Part shown: one piece after another, positions 26,601-45,100 of the stretch
Numbering within the stretch: position 1 is the first letter of the stretch
How the letters are laid out: every line of letters begins with the position of its first letter
Origin: Paraspadella gotoi
Lineage: Eukaryota; Animalia; Chaetognatha
Direction of reading: 5' to 3'
Assembly (NCBI GenBank): GCA_051294375.1
Contig: CM119263.1
Location: forward strand, 13,316,199 to 13,380,198
DNA length: 64,000 bases
Program-made: the position numbers and the translations under genes
The notes under the pieces: generated by a model
The model's input: only the letters and a program-made list of their open reading frames with translations
What the model was told of the DNA's origin: nothing
The model's database searches: none

Positions 26601-26795
26601 GGCGAAGCGGCCGGCGCCGCCAGCCCCGCTTAATCACCCGCGAATATTCCTAACCCTCCCCAGCCGTCGCTGATTAGCGGATCGGAACCCGACGCTGTCT
26701 CCACGCCCCATTCTCTCTCACCCCCCGTCAAGGAAGTTAAACTTACTCTGTCTCCCTCCACCGGATTCCGGTGACGATGTCGGCAGAATCCCCTT

Positions 26796-26853
<58 letters not shown>

Positions 26854-27034
26854 GTCTCTTATCTCGTCGGCTGACAACCACGCCCATAGTCACGTGGTGT
26901 TAATCATCCCTCTCCTTCTCTAATCCGGTTTTCTTCTTTCTTCCCTATTCTTCGCCCATCTACCCTTTCTCCCTTTCTTTTTTTTTCGAGAGAAACGAAA
27001 GAAATTTCCCATTTTAATATCTCTCTCCTCTCAG

Positions 27035-27115
<81 letters not shown>

Positions 27116-27318
27116 CTGTCTCTCTCCTTTTTTTTTACGTTTCGCCTCTTTCACAATGGCGACGTGCCTAAGTTTCCTCTCTCTTTATTCTCTTCATGTT
27201 TTTTTTCTTTTCTCTTTCTTTATTTTTTCATTTTTTTCCCTTTTTTCCTCATTTCTCGTTTTTAATCACTCTCTCGTTAATCACGTCCGAGCAGCGATGA
27301 TCATCTTTTCGATCGTCC

Positions 27319-27350
<32 letters not shown>

Positions 27351-27885
27351 CGCTCCTCTCTCTCGTCTCTCTCTCTCTCTCCTCTCTCTCTCGTCGACTC
27401 TCTCTCTCTCTCGGCCTGAATAAACACCCCTCTTCTCCAGTGTCTCAAAGTCAACCTCTTTTCCTTCAACACGCCAGTCTCAAGGTGCCAATTAATTAAT
27501 AAATCGCCTTAAATCCTCAGACTTCTCGAGACCCTTGACACCCCAACCCACATATCAGCGCCACTTCGTCATCCCCTTTTCAAAAGCCTCGTTTGTCGAG
27601 ACTCGATTTCTCGAAAACCGGAAATCTTCTGCGTTTGACGTTTTTGTTTCTTGGCGCCAAGAAGCCGTCGCCTTGGAGACGGAGTCGNNNNNNNNNNNNN
27701 NNNNNNNNNNNNNNNNNNNNNNNNNNNNNNNNNNNNNNNNNNNNNNNNNNNNNNNNNNNNNNNNNNNNNNNNNNNNNNNNNNNNNNNNNNNNNNNNNNNN
27801 NNNNNNNNNNNNNNNNNNNNNNNNNNNNNNNNNNNNNNNNNNNNNNNNNNNNNNNNNNNNNNNNNNNNNNNNNNNNNNNNNNNNN

Positions 27886-32640
<4,755 letters not shown>

Positions 32641-32914
32641 TCTCTCTCTCTCTCTGTCGAATGTCGCTGCAATCAAGTCGGTCGACTAACACCTAGCTCG
32701 TGTCCACAATGTCCAGCTCCTTTCTCCTTCATTCGACCACTCTTACACGTCTCATCCGTCGTGATTTCTCTCCTCATTACTCCGTACGCCAGCCGCCACC
32801 GTGAACGGAAAAACTGCAGAGCTCGCTGACTTGCGGGGCACGTCTCCCTTGGTGTATGTTGCTCTCTCTTCCTCTCTCGTCTCTCTCTCCATTTTTTCTC
32901 TTTCTCTCTTCACT

Positions 32915-33547
32915 CAGGCTGCATTCTGTCGTCTCTACCCTTTTTTATTAACGTTTCGACCTCTGCTCAACTAAATGGCTGACGTGCCTGTAAGTTCCTT
33001 CTCTGCGCATTTATTCTCTTGGGTGTATTCATTTGTTTTTCTGTCACTGTGTTTCGTCTCTTCTTTATTCTGCCTTTAATCATCTTTAAAACCTCCTTGT
33101 TTTCTCATTTTCTCCTGAGCGTTAAAATTAAGTCACCACTCTCCTTTCCTCAGGTTAACCAATCATCACGTGCTGTAACACGCGAGAAGCGAGCATGCTA
33201 TCATGTCCTTTTGAGAAGCTCCTCTTCTCTGATCTTTGCGAAGTCCTTTAGATAACCTTCTGTTCCTCATACTCTCTTCTCTCTATTCTCTCTCTCAACT
33301 CTCGTTCTCGTCAATCCTCTCTCCTACTCTAATTATCAATCTCTCACACTCTTAATCTCAATCTCTCACGTCTCTCTGCCATTTAACACCGCCTCAACAT
33401 CTTCTCTAAGTTTCCTCACACAGCGTGCATATCCTCTTTCTTCCGACAAGCAACGCCCAAGTCGCAGGTGCCAATTAATTAACGTAAATTCTCGACCTGA
33501 TATATAATCCTCAGACTGCTTTCTGTACTCGAGACCCTTTGTAACAT
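32915..33547 (+). repeat. Degenerate copy of about 27110-27540; homology resumes at about 34665-34860 (corresponds to 27540-27687)
   Basis: Anchors CATTCTGTC, ACGTTTCG, ATGGC(T)GACGTGCCT, GGTGCCAATTAATTAA, ATCCTCAGACT and CTCGAGACCCTT; later ATCAGCGCCACTT, TCGAGACTCGA and CCGGAAATCT. Confidence 0.8.
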
Positions 33548-36500
33548 TGCGAAAATTTTAATTTGGATTGAGGGCTTATTATCAATTAACGGAGTCTTCT
33601 TCGTGTAATCGCTTTAGCATTTTGGCGCATTGTTAAAAGCGGGTGTACAACAATGTCATAAATAAACACTCTCGCATCTTCAAAAGACTACTTTCCGCTT
33701 GTTTCATTCATAGCCTCTGGTTGTTGAAACTTAGGCTCTTCTTCGTATGTATAGCAGAAGGAAAGTCGTTGGCTTGCGAAACGCCCGATCTCTAACTGAT
33801 GGAAAAAGGCGATATCGGAGGACTGAAAAATTACAATTGGCAGACCATTTTGTTCCCCCCTAAAATAATTCTCCTAAAAAAATAAAATCAATAAATGGAG
33901 AAAAACATGAGTATCTCACTTATAAGAATATTCTTCCGGCGCAACATTTCCGGCTTTCGGCACCTTTTCTGTAAACACGTTTTATGCGACTAAAAATAAA
34001 AAACGGGAGGGCACTGAATTAGATTTTAAATTAAAAATAAAATCACTTGTTGTTCCTAGTCTGTTCGACACCCGCGGCTTCGGATCGGTACGCGATCAAT
34101 CGAAGTCCTCGGTAATCGCTACTCTCTCAGCCATTTTTGTTATTAACCGCAAAGAAAAAAACATGCAGGTTCATGGCGTGTAAACGCCAGACTTCGCACC
34201 CTCCTTTTTTATTTCCAAATTTTTCTGGGAGTTGCGTTGGTCGAGCATGGAGTGAAAAAGCAATTCAAGTCGAGAGCAAAATAAATTAGAAAAATTAACA
34301 TTAAATTAATAATTCAAAAATAAGTTTTTACACATGAACTCGAAACCCTGGGCAACGTGGGCAATAGAAACTCTGTTTATGGGGAAACGGTTAATGATGA
34401 CGTTTGGACCGAATTAAAGTGATTTTTAAATCGTTTCACACCCGCTTGATAAAACGGCAGCTTGAATAAACAGCGAAGCTTAATGAACAGTATTTTCGGC
34501 ATATAAATAGAAACTATTGGCTCATACAGATCGACCGTTAAAAAGACGGCAAGTAACATTATCACAAAACGCGTAGCAGCCAGTTCCTCAACTAAGATAA
34601 CAGACAATTGATATGAATGACGATTGCGGTGTTAAATATGAAACAAATAACAATACATAGAACACACACTGATTCCAACGCCACTCCGCACATAATCAGC
34701 GCCACTTAAATGATTCAATTCCTTTTGTCACTCTAAAGGCGTATTTGATGATCGAGACTCGAAGTCTCGTAGAAGCCGGAAATCTCTGAGCGTTATACGT
34801 TTTTGAGATATTATTTGAGAGACTGAGCCAAGAACGTCGCCTGTATATCACGAGTCAACGCCTGAGACGCGAGATTGTCGACTCTTGCGTTAGAAGAGTG
34901 AGAGAACAGAAATCATGTATAAAGTACTTTAGTTTCGGCTCTTTTATATTATGATATAATGTCTCTCTATCTCTAATCATTTTATCAAATCACTGCTTAA
35001 CTTTTCGGTCATCACGCGCCGCATATTTATTCTTCTCTCTTACCATAGTCAGCTATATATACAGAAAATGATACAATTTAGAAATTAATGTTTTCATAGT
35101 TTTGAAAGCAGATTCGAAAATTCTTGCATTAAAGTTAGCCACAAAATTTAAAAAAACTAGTATTTTTTATTGCAAATAATTTAAATTATAAAGGTTAATA
35201 ATACAATACGTTTTTTAGGATTTTGATCCACTTATGAAATAATTTTCAAAAAAAGAAGTTATAGTTCCTTTATCAACTTTTCGTGAGGAATTCGGAAATC
35301 TACTTTTAAAAATAAGAAAAACTGTGGACGTCAACACAAGTTTCAGAATCAAGAATGATGTTGCGTCGGCAGCAAAACGCATTTTAAAAATTTTTACACT
35401 TTTCTTCAGTAGCTTTCACGCTATAAATATGGGCGACTTGGGCGTATGGAAAATTGAAAAAATTAAATTAAATTTTTTTATTATTAAAAATGTTCACAGG
35501 TACATCAGCCTGTTGCGTGATCTACTATTCGCATTTTGTATTCTCTATTGATTTTAATATTTTTGCTACGCTTTAATATGCATACATAAAAGTATAAGAA
35601 ATAGGCTTTCTTGCTAGGCCTGTTTGGATGACCGCGTCATTCGCCAATTTGAGTTGAGTATGAGTCGGGTTTGTCTTCACGATCCGAGCCGGGGCGTGGA
35701 TTTTCGAGTCCGCTGTCATCGCATGTCCAACGTTCGTTCCCACGCCGGGAAGTGACGTGAATTGTCGGATACGGTGTCGGCGCCTATCGGCCGGCGCGGG
35801 GCGGAGTCGACTTCATCCGAAGGCGTCGGTGAAGTCGTTTTCGTCGACAGGTGAATATCTCCGTGCGCCGATCGGGATGTCATGTCGTCGTTGGCGGCGA
35901 GAGACGTGTTTGGCGTCGGAGCAAGTTCGACGTTGTTATCGTCCGCGACGTCGGCGACGGATATCGACTGAAAATAATCCAAGTCGTAATACCTAATCCG
36001 GAAAACCGATGTATAGCTCGATGTTCTGACATACACAATAGGAACGACGACGACGACGCACGACGAAAAAAAAAGCACGTTTTCTTCACGACGTCAGTTT
36101 TAATCTCATGAGATACAGGGAGTAAATCATAAAGAATGTGTCTCGTCAAATCGACGAGGGACGAAGAGAAACCAAAAACCGTCGAAGTAATTTGACGTCA
36201 CGAAAATCAGATGCAGTCGACGAAGAACGTAACATTTCGCGGAAGTGAGGATGAATGCAAGTCGACTGACGAGGGCGGCGGCGGCGGCGGTGGCGGCGGC
36301 GCGGCGCGATGAAACGCGTCGAAGCGAAACGATGACGTTTGGGTGGGAGGGGAAGTTGGGCTCAAGTGCGCGGAGAGAAACGGGGAAAGGATCTACTCGG
36401 CGGGGAAGGAATATAGCGGAAGATAGGAAGCGTCGGGTGCGCAAAGGAGGTAGGGGGGAGATGAGAGAGAGAGAGAGAGAGAGCAGAGAGAGAGAGGGAG

Positions 36501-36934
36501 AAGAAGAGAGAGAGGAGAAGAGAGAGACGAGATGCAGAGAGGAGATGAGAGAGCGTCCCTGAACGAAAAAGTTAGTAGTTCGCCCGAGCGTTGCTCTCTT
36601 TCGTCTCCCCTACTGCTTACTCCCGTTTTATTGAATTGAGTAGAAAATGACAACCGATCCCACATAAAGCGGTGTCATGATACATCTGGACAATTCTGGG
36701 CGTAAACTTTCAGAAAACAATGATTCCCGTATTTGCTACATGCCTGGATTTAACTAGACACGATCAGATCTATTCATTAGAGCCCACGGCCAGTACCTTT
36801 TTTCAAAGATTTGACTTGGACCGAAAAAACAAAATCATATTTCTTTATAAAATATTAACCATTTCGAGGGAAGATTTTTTCCCCAATTTTTTCGATACCT
36901 TCTCCCTCCCTCCCTCTCTGCTCTCTCTCTCTCG

Positions 36935-39900
36935 CTCTCTCTTTCATAATTCGTTTTTTCATTATTTCCGAGACCCTCATCAGTCTGTTCTGATAGGTGA
37001 ATAATGGAGTAATTTTAAACTTAAATTGATTAAATAATGATTTCAAGATTGTAATAATTGAATTATTCCAAAAAGTTCAATCTATTAAGAAAAAAGCAAA
37101 TCTAAATGAAAATCGACTGATGCGGTGCTTAAAATAACTTCTCTTAAACACATTTAGATTTTAATATAATCCCACGAAAAGGAAAGGAGCAAGAAAAATT
37201 TATATTGTTTTTTTTTATAGATTATATCGGGGTGAAGTCAAATATGCGAGAGCAGAGGAAAGGAAATAAAAACGGCTCACACCAACCTCACGATAAATTA
37301 ATTTTTTTTATAAAAGCTCCCGCTTTCGAGGGATTAAAGAACAATTTCTCTTACTTTTTCCAAACCGCTTATAAGCTGACGGGATATGTCAATGATGCAT
37401 CTGGAAAAAGAGACTTTTTTTTTCGTCTTAAGGATTTAAGATCATGGAAGGAAGGAAAAAAAAAATAGAGACTATATTTTGAGCGTTTATTTCTATTCGT
37501 TTATAATTACTCATTTTAATTGTTGATTTTTTTTTTATAAAGTTTTATCTTAACGAAATAAAATCCCGGTGGAAGTTCACCAAGCCAGTGAGTGGCCTGA
37601 CGAGTTTTTCCGACAGACTCGCATGGGCAAACCTTAAGGTCTTCGGGGTGAAAGCCTACGGACAAATCTTCCCGATTAGTTTAGAAATCAGACCTGGAAC
37701 AATATACTTACCCTTAATATTACCATAAAAAAAAGCCAACAGTTTCAAATGCTCGATTTTTGAAAATTACCGCTAGACGCTTGTTGTTCTGGCTTCATTG
37801 TTTGTTGTTGTCGCGATGGGTCGGTACAGGCGCCGTCTCTCATTACGCATCTCCTCTCCTTTCTCTCTTGAAACGTAAGATTTAAGGCGGACCAAAAAGC
37901 CAAAAAGTTGTGACTTTTAAATTTTGACCAACAAAATTCTTTTTTACACCACCCAACGCACTCTTCCGGGCTCATCCGAGTTATTAATGTGAATAAATGA
38001 ATGAATAATGAAATGATAAACAACCTTTTTTCCCAAGGAACGATAAGGAAAAGAAAGATAAAGAAAACACTTTTCTCCCCCCCTTCACAAAAAAAAAATT
38101 TTTCTATCAAAAAAGTAAGGTTCGAACCGGGCACGTCGCTCTCCTACAGGGGTTAGTTTTTGTTTTGTAAACTTTCTCCTTTGATTGTTTCGGGTCCCTC
38201 TAGCCTTACTTCTTTTATTTCTAGTTCCTTATTTTTTTTTACTTTCTTTATTTTTATGTGTGCTGTATTGTTATTCAGTGGGATTCGATCAAGCCTATTA
38301 CCTTTTCATCATCGCAGACTTTCATACATTACTTGGTTCAAGGCGAATTTTTTTCCGGTGAGGCGAGAGAAAGGAAAAGAAAAAGATAGCGACTCAAATC
38401 CTTTTTTTCTAATTTGTTTGCTTCGGTATTTTTCTTTCACTTATTCTCCCTTTCCCCACTTCGCGATTTCGCTTTCACTTATTTTTTTGCTTCAATCAAA
38501 ATTCATAGACAAAAAAAATGATCAAGAGTTGCATCGACGAAAAAAATTTGCAAAATGAATAATGAAAAAGATTTTATTTTCTTCTTATTATATCTTTATT
38601 TATTAAGAAAGGAAAAGCGATTTTTTTGTTTTTGTTAATTGATGTAAATGAAAGGGACGGCCCCGTAATTACACCGACTTGTTCTGAGGCCAGATCTCAA
38701 GTTACTCTCTCTCTGTCAAGTTAACAAAATTACTAGGGAAACCTCAAGTTGTTTTTTTTTTTCGCTCGAAACTAATCGAATACGAAGTTTTTTTGCTAAT
38801 TAACGTAGCTTTTGAGGCAAATATTGGCTTTGCCATTCTGTTTTCAAGCGATTTGGCCATAACTATAATTCCCTGTCATTAAAACCTACGATATACTCTT
38901 GTTTACCTAAAAATCTCGTTACTGATTTTCTGTTCAAATCGCAAAAAAAAAAGTGATTTACTTGGGACTGACTCACTTGTTCCTTAAAACTCATTAATAG
39001 GGTGTTAATCTTCCGAGATTACCAATAACTAAAAATCCTTTTACCTCTATTTGAATGCAAAAAAAAAAAAAAAAACGAAAAACAAAACAAACTCATACAT
39101 CTCAAAGAAATTTTGTTAAAAAAATGCCAGAAAACATATCATTCTATGATTATTGTAAAAGTGTATAGGCTTCAATTGTACATATTTTCATGCCCGACCC
39201 TTCTCCTCTCTCCCCCCATTTCCCGCCCCCCCCAAAAAAAAACACGAAAAAAGAATAGTTATCCCCTTGTTTTCCGTTGTTTATCATCTTCATTTTTTCC
39301 TATGTCTTTTGTTACTTTGTACACTTCACTGTTTTTTGCCCTAAAAATCTATTGTTCAATAGAAACGAAAAACATTATCTTATTTGTTAAAAACTTATTT
39401 ATTGATGATACCAGCACTGTTTTGTGATAAGACCTTGTGTGTAAATCCTTTGAAAAATGAAAAAAGACCACGATCGATTAATATACTTCCATTGCAGCCC
39501 AAATATCGTATTCTTATTATTTTCAATCGAAATTAGAGAGAGAAAGAAATCTATAGTCAGTTAATTACAATATTTGTATTTTTTTATTTTTCGAGAGTTG
39601 TGAGTTGTGAAAAGAAAATCCCGGTGCTAGAAATTCTTTGCTTCCACCGTCAGAAAAGAGGAAAATTAGAAATTCGAAAATACAAAAAACGGAAGAGAAA
39701 AAAAAAAAGAGAAAAAGATAAAGCCATGATTTGAGACTCGGAGAAGGAGTGAGAGTGGGAGAGAACAAAGTTGGACACCTCCAATTCCTGGAAGCCGCCT
39801 GATAACAACTCGAAAAAACTCCATTTGCATTTTGCAATTTCTTCTTCTTCTATGATAATGTAATCTTCGTGCGTCTGTTGCGGCTTCTGATTGGCGTTCG

Positions 39901-40670
39901 TTTCGTCTTTGTGACGTCCTGACTTGTTTGGCGCTAACAGATTGAAACGCGACCACCATGGCGGCGACCACAAGGCGCGCTAAGTTTGTGGTGCCAGATT
40001 AAAGCCCAACAATTGTGAACGTGATCAGTGATCACGGTAGCGAGCAATTATGTCTTCTTTTCCTCCGACTTTTTACAAAAATAAATTTTTTTTTTGAAAT
40101 TGGAAAAAAAATTTTTAAAAAATTATGGAAGATTCCTTAGTAAAATAATACCCAAAATATATTAGGATTAGAGTTTATATCAAAAACTATGTTAAAAGCT
40201 AAATTGTAAAAAATTATTTATTTTCCTTACATGTTTATTTAACTCCAGTCTGCTGATCCGGTAAAGATATGACAGAGAAGGCCGGAACCAGTAAAAACCT
40301 CAACAGGATTACGATCTTTTCTTTCGACCGAATCCAATATCTTCACGAACTCTTTTTCTGTTCTTTCTTAACAATACAGTCGAATCTTTCGCGTTACTCG
40401 ATCGGGAAGCAATTGACGACGCCCATCGCGCGGAAAATTCACTGCCTCACGTGATCGACGATTCACCGTGCAATCGCGCCCTTAATCTCATTGCATATTT
40501 GGAAAGGTCAAAGGGAAAACGAGAGGCTGTTTGATGAAAAGCGGGTGAGAAAGAATAGGGGTGAGATTGACCGCCGACGAAACTAGAAAGAAAAGAGAAT
40601 ATTGACACAAAAGAGAATCTGTCGCATTGTTATCATTCCGTCTTATGATACTGGGAGAGTCAAAATAATC

Positions 40671-40726
<56 letters not shown>

Positions 40727-40733
40727 AGGAGAG

Positions 40734-40794
<61 letters not shown>

Positions 40795-41950
40795 AGAGAG
40801 GAGGAAGGAGAGAGAGAGTAGAGAATTTATAGATTTAATGAAATACGCCTAGTTGCAAGTAATTTTACTTCTGTTAGAAAACTCTCGCCGCTTTTACTAC
40901 GGTTTTTTTTTCAATAATAAAAAAATAAATGAATCATAATAGTATTTTCAAATTGGTCTCCTTTGCTTTGTCTCTCTTCCTCGCTCATGATCATAATCTC
41001 CTTAACCATCGCCCGCGTCATCATCGCGGCCGGCGTCTTTAAGTAAAAAAAAAAAGATAAAAAAAAAAAAAAAAAAAAATTAAACGACAAAAGAAAAAAA
41101 AAAGAAAAAAAAAATTAAAAAAAAAAAAATATGAAAAAAAAATCGAAAATAAAAAAAAAAAAATGTTAAGAGAGAGAGAGGAGAAGAGAAGACGAGAAAG
41201 AGAGAGGAGCAGAGAGAAGTGAGATGAGAGAGAGAGAGAGAAGAGGAGAGAGAGAGAGAGAGAGAAAAAAGAGGGGAGAGAATTTTTGGCTGTCGTCAAA
41301 AAACCAATTCGTGGCCGGCTTTTAAAAGGGCGCCGGTTTTTAAGAGATGGGGGAAAGGGCAAGCGCCGGCTCGGGATATGACGCCGACGGGGGGGCGTGA
41401 GGGAGCGCCACAATGAAGTTCACCTTTTGTCTTTTTGTTCCTTTGGTTTCTCGTCCGTCGCGTCTTTTGTCTTCCTTCTCGCTTTTTCATTCCGAGCGCC
41501 CCCGCTCGTTTTCTCTCTTCATTTGCTCGACTCGCGCAGCCCTCTTTTCCCTCTCTCCTTACTGAACATCCAACTTCCTGCTTTTCCTATTCTTCCGACT
41601 TTCACAATATCATCCCACTCATGCTTCACTCACTTATCAGTGCCCTTTTTTTCTTTATTTTCCCGCTTTTTCTTCCTTAGTGGGCCTATTTTTTCTGACC
41701 TCCCCTACCTCTCCCTGACACTATGCTTCCCCTATTTCTCCCTATTCTTTCCTAATTCCTCCAATCTATCCCTTCTCACCTCTTCTTATCTTTTCTATCG
41801 CTTTCTTCCCATCTCCCCTCTCTCTCTATCCCCTCCCTTCCTCGTTTACCTAATCTCACCCCCGCTCGCCCTCTCTTATCATCCCACGTATCATGTTTTT
41901 TAACACATCAACTGGAAAACAATCCGCAACATATAACCATCGGATAAGTC
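36935..41950 (+). repeat. Block X, copy B
   Basis: Colinear with 27886-32640, e.g. identical TTGACACAAAAGAGAATCTGTCGCATTGTTATCATTCCGTCTTATGATACTGG at 31199 and 40602; differences are mostly small indels. Confidence 0.92.
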
Positions 41951-42135
41951 TCTCGTAGTCTCCCTGTACTCCTTCTTTCTCGTTCATCTCTCTCTCCTCT
42001 CTCCTCTCTCTCTCCTCTCTCTCTCCTCTCTCTTCTCTCTCTCTCTCTCTCTCATCTCTCTCTCTTCTCTCTCTCTCATCTCGTCGTTTTCTCTCTCTCT
42101 CTCTTCTCTTNNNNNNNNNNNNNNNNNNNNNNNNN

Positions 42136-45100
42136 CTCTCTCTCGGCGAAGTTGCCAGAAACTGCGAGCCAGCAACTATCTTGATGAAGCTGAGACAAAG
42201 GCAGCAGTTTTTATTGCTTTTCTTTATGTGTCGCTATTTTGTTCAACTCATACAATGTTTAAGGCACAAAAAGTCATTGCATTTCGGAAATTTTAACTCA
42301 ATATAAAATCATTACATTGGATGTTTTTTTAAAAGTTAATACTCAAATGGCAAACTTCAACAAATCAAGTACCCAAGTACACAAATACCCAAAAATCGAT
42401 AAAATATCGAAAAAAATATTTTTTTTAAATATTACGTATTTGACCTATGGACGGCAATAAATTAAATAAATAAAATAAACAACAACGAAAACTCGACAAA
42501 AAAAAACACAAAAACAACGACAAGCAAAACAACAACAACAACAACGCCTAATTCAATTGAAAGGAGCGACTCGTCGATCGGAAAACAACAACAAACAGTC
42601 GATAGCGATAATTGAGAATAGAGGAAAAAAATTGAAAGCATGTGGCTCGGATTTGGACGAGCAAAGTGGGAGAAAGCGGAGGTGGGATGGAGATAAGGAA
42701 GGAAGGGGTTAAGGGGATAGGTGGTGGTGGGGGTGGTGGTCGTGGTGGTCGTCGTCGAAACGCTTCGTCGATGTTTGATGATAATAGTGAAGCAGCGAAA
42801 GGAATCGATTTGATTCGATTAGGGAAAGAGGAAGAGGAAGAAGAAGAGAAAGAGGAAGAAGACGGGGAGAACGAAGACGAAGAGGAAGAGGAGGACGAGG
42901 AGGAGGCGCCGAGATTCGGCCGAAAAAAAATCGGACGTGACAAAAGGAATACAACGTGACAAAGAAGAAAACAAAAGATGAACCCGAGCGAGACGAAGAA
43001 GTGAAAGCGGGGGGGGAGGAAGAGGGCAGGCGTTGGAAGTTAAACGGGGAGGGAGAGAGAAGGATGGAAGTTAAACATGGCGGAATGGAGATAGAGAGGG
43101 TGGGAATGGGTTGATAGAAAAACAAGAAAAGAAGATATTAGAGAGACTGAGAGATATATAGATTGTTTAATTATACTGTTATACAATTACAAATAAGTTG
43201 AGCGGAGGGCAGCGAACAGAAATATAGCGGGGAAGGCAGGGAACGAAAGAGAGAGAGAGTTTTAGGGTTTCATGAAGAATGAAGAAAGCGAAAATGGAAC
43301 TGGCGATTTCGTGGGAATAGGATTCAATAAGAAGTAAAGAGATTGAGAACCGAAACAAGAAAAACAACAACTAAAACAAAGCAATTTGGAACAAGCGGAG
43401 AAGAGAGGACGGGGACCGAAAACGACGACGAAAAATGATGAAGAAAAAGTGAGCGAAAAGAGAAAAGAAGAAGAAAAGAGCGAAAGAAAAAGAAGGAGAC
43501 GAAATCGGGTCAGACTTCATATGGAATTAACGACGCGGACTCGTGGGCAAACAGGTCTGGATGGTTGAGCGTGGGGAGGGGGGGTAAGGATGGTGGTCGC
43601 GTCGGGACAGGGTGGAGGTGGAGAGAGAAATTTAAGGTGGAAAGGAAAACTGATGAGGATGGAGAACGAAGTACGGGCTGGTGGGAAAAGGTTAGAAAGG
43701 TGGGAAAGTGGAAGGTGGGGATTTCGGAGGATGAGATTGGAGCCTGAAGGGGAGTCAGCGTCTTTTAAACTTAATTTATTTCACTTGAGTTCATTTTTAT
43801 ATTTACTTCTTCATCTTTCATCTTCTTTTTTTTCTGAACATTTTCATTCTTGCTTCTTTTTTTCACATCGGTCTCGCTCTTGATAAGGAATCTTCGCCGA
43901 GAATAAATGAGGTCAAGTGGGGAGAAGTCAAGCGAAACGAAAGAGAAAAGAAAAACAAAAAGAAAGAAAAAAAAGGCGATCGCCGAACAATCGATTATTA
44001 ATCTTCTTTCTTTATTACTTTTTTTCCTTCGGTTTCCGGACTTTGGGGCCGAAAATCCGGCGCCGGCTTAAGTCGACGCCGCCGTCGGCCTCTTTTTTGT
44101 TTTTGCCCGACACTCTGACTCGATTCACGGTCAAGTGTCGGTATAAAGATTAAGTTTCTTAATCGACTCTTTATTTTCGATTCTTTGTCGACGAGTTTTT
44201 CATCTTTCGCCGACGGTTTTTCGATAAACATTTAGGCCGACATTTGGTGAGGCCAACTGCGTGGGAAGAAACTACTTCTCTCTCATCCGCAATGAGTCAA
44301 GAATCGATAAATTGAAAGGAAAAAAAAGGTAAGTTTATTACTTGGGTGAGGATTTTGGTCCGGACTCGGAGAAAAGCAATCTCCAAAACGGATATGAGGT
44401 CAGTTAATCGGTTTGTGAATCTTGTGTAACTTGGCTTCGTTGAATGTGAGAGTAATTCTGATGTTGGTGAGAGGTCTCGCATACTTCATTTCCGTACATA
44501 TAAAGTATAAACATTATACCACTTCCTTAATAGGGAAGCCAGGTACTCTGGAAGTGCATGAACAAGACTGTGAGAGAGTCTTGATTGATAGCTTGCAGGG
44601 ATCTGCTATGTCATTATCTTGTAAGCGAGATGGAGGCCTTAAATCGCCAAAGCCTGTCCAAAGTCAGGGGCAAGATAGCTTGTATATTAAATGAATGGAT
44701 AATTTTTATATTGGTTGTACCAATGTCATAATAATTTTGGAAACAATTATGAAATTGACAATGATATTGTTTTTCTCTTTTTTCCTCTTTTCTCATTTAT
44801 AACCGTCGCCTTAGGAGAAACAGGGGATGGTCGAACTCAGATACTACTACTTTTTTCGTGGCTAAAATCGGGGAAAATAAATCTTCTCCCCTTCCATTAT
44901 TTTCGTGTTATTATTTTTATTGTTTTAATCTTTTTTAATTTTTACTTTAACTCTCAAAAATTACAAGTTGGGTGAAAAAAAACAAAAACAATCATCACAA
45001 ATTCTCAAAATTCCTTCCTTCTTCCCAGTAACCCCATCCTATTTCTCCTAATTTCCCCCCCCTTTCCATCCTTTACCCTCCTACCCCTTCCCGAACCCCT

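Noticed and set aside
42642-42959. Acidic Gly/Glu-rich ORF
   Set aside because: It is built from GGT/GAA/GAG repeats, the frame is not preserved in the second copy (about 52900-53470), and no splice signals are evident.
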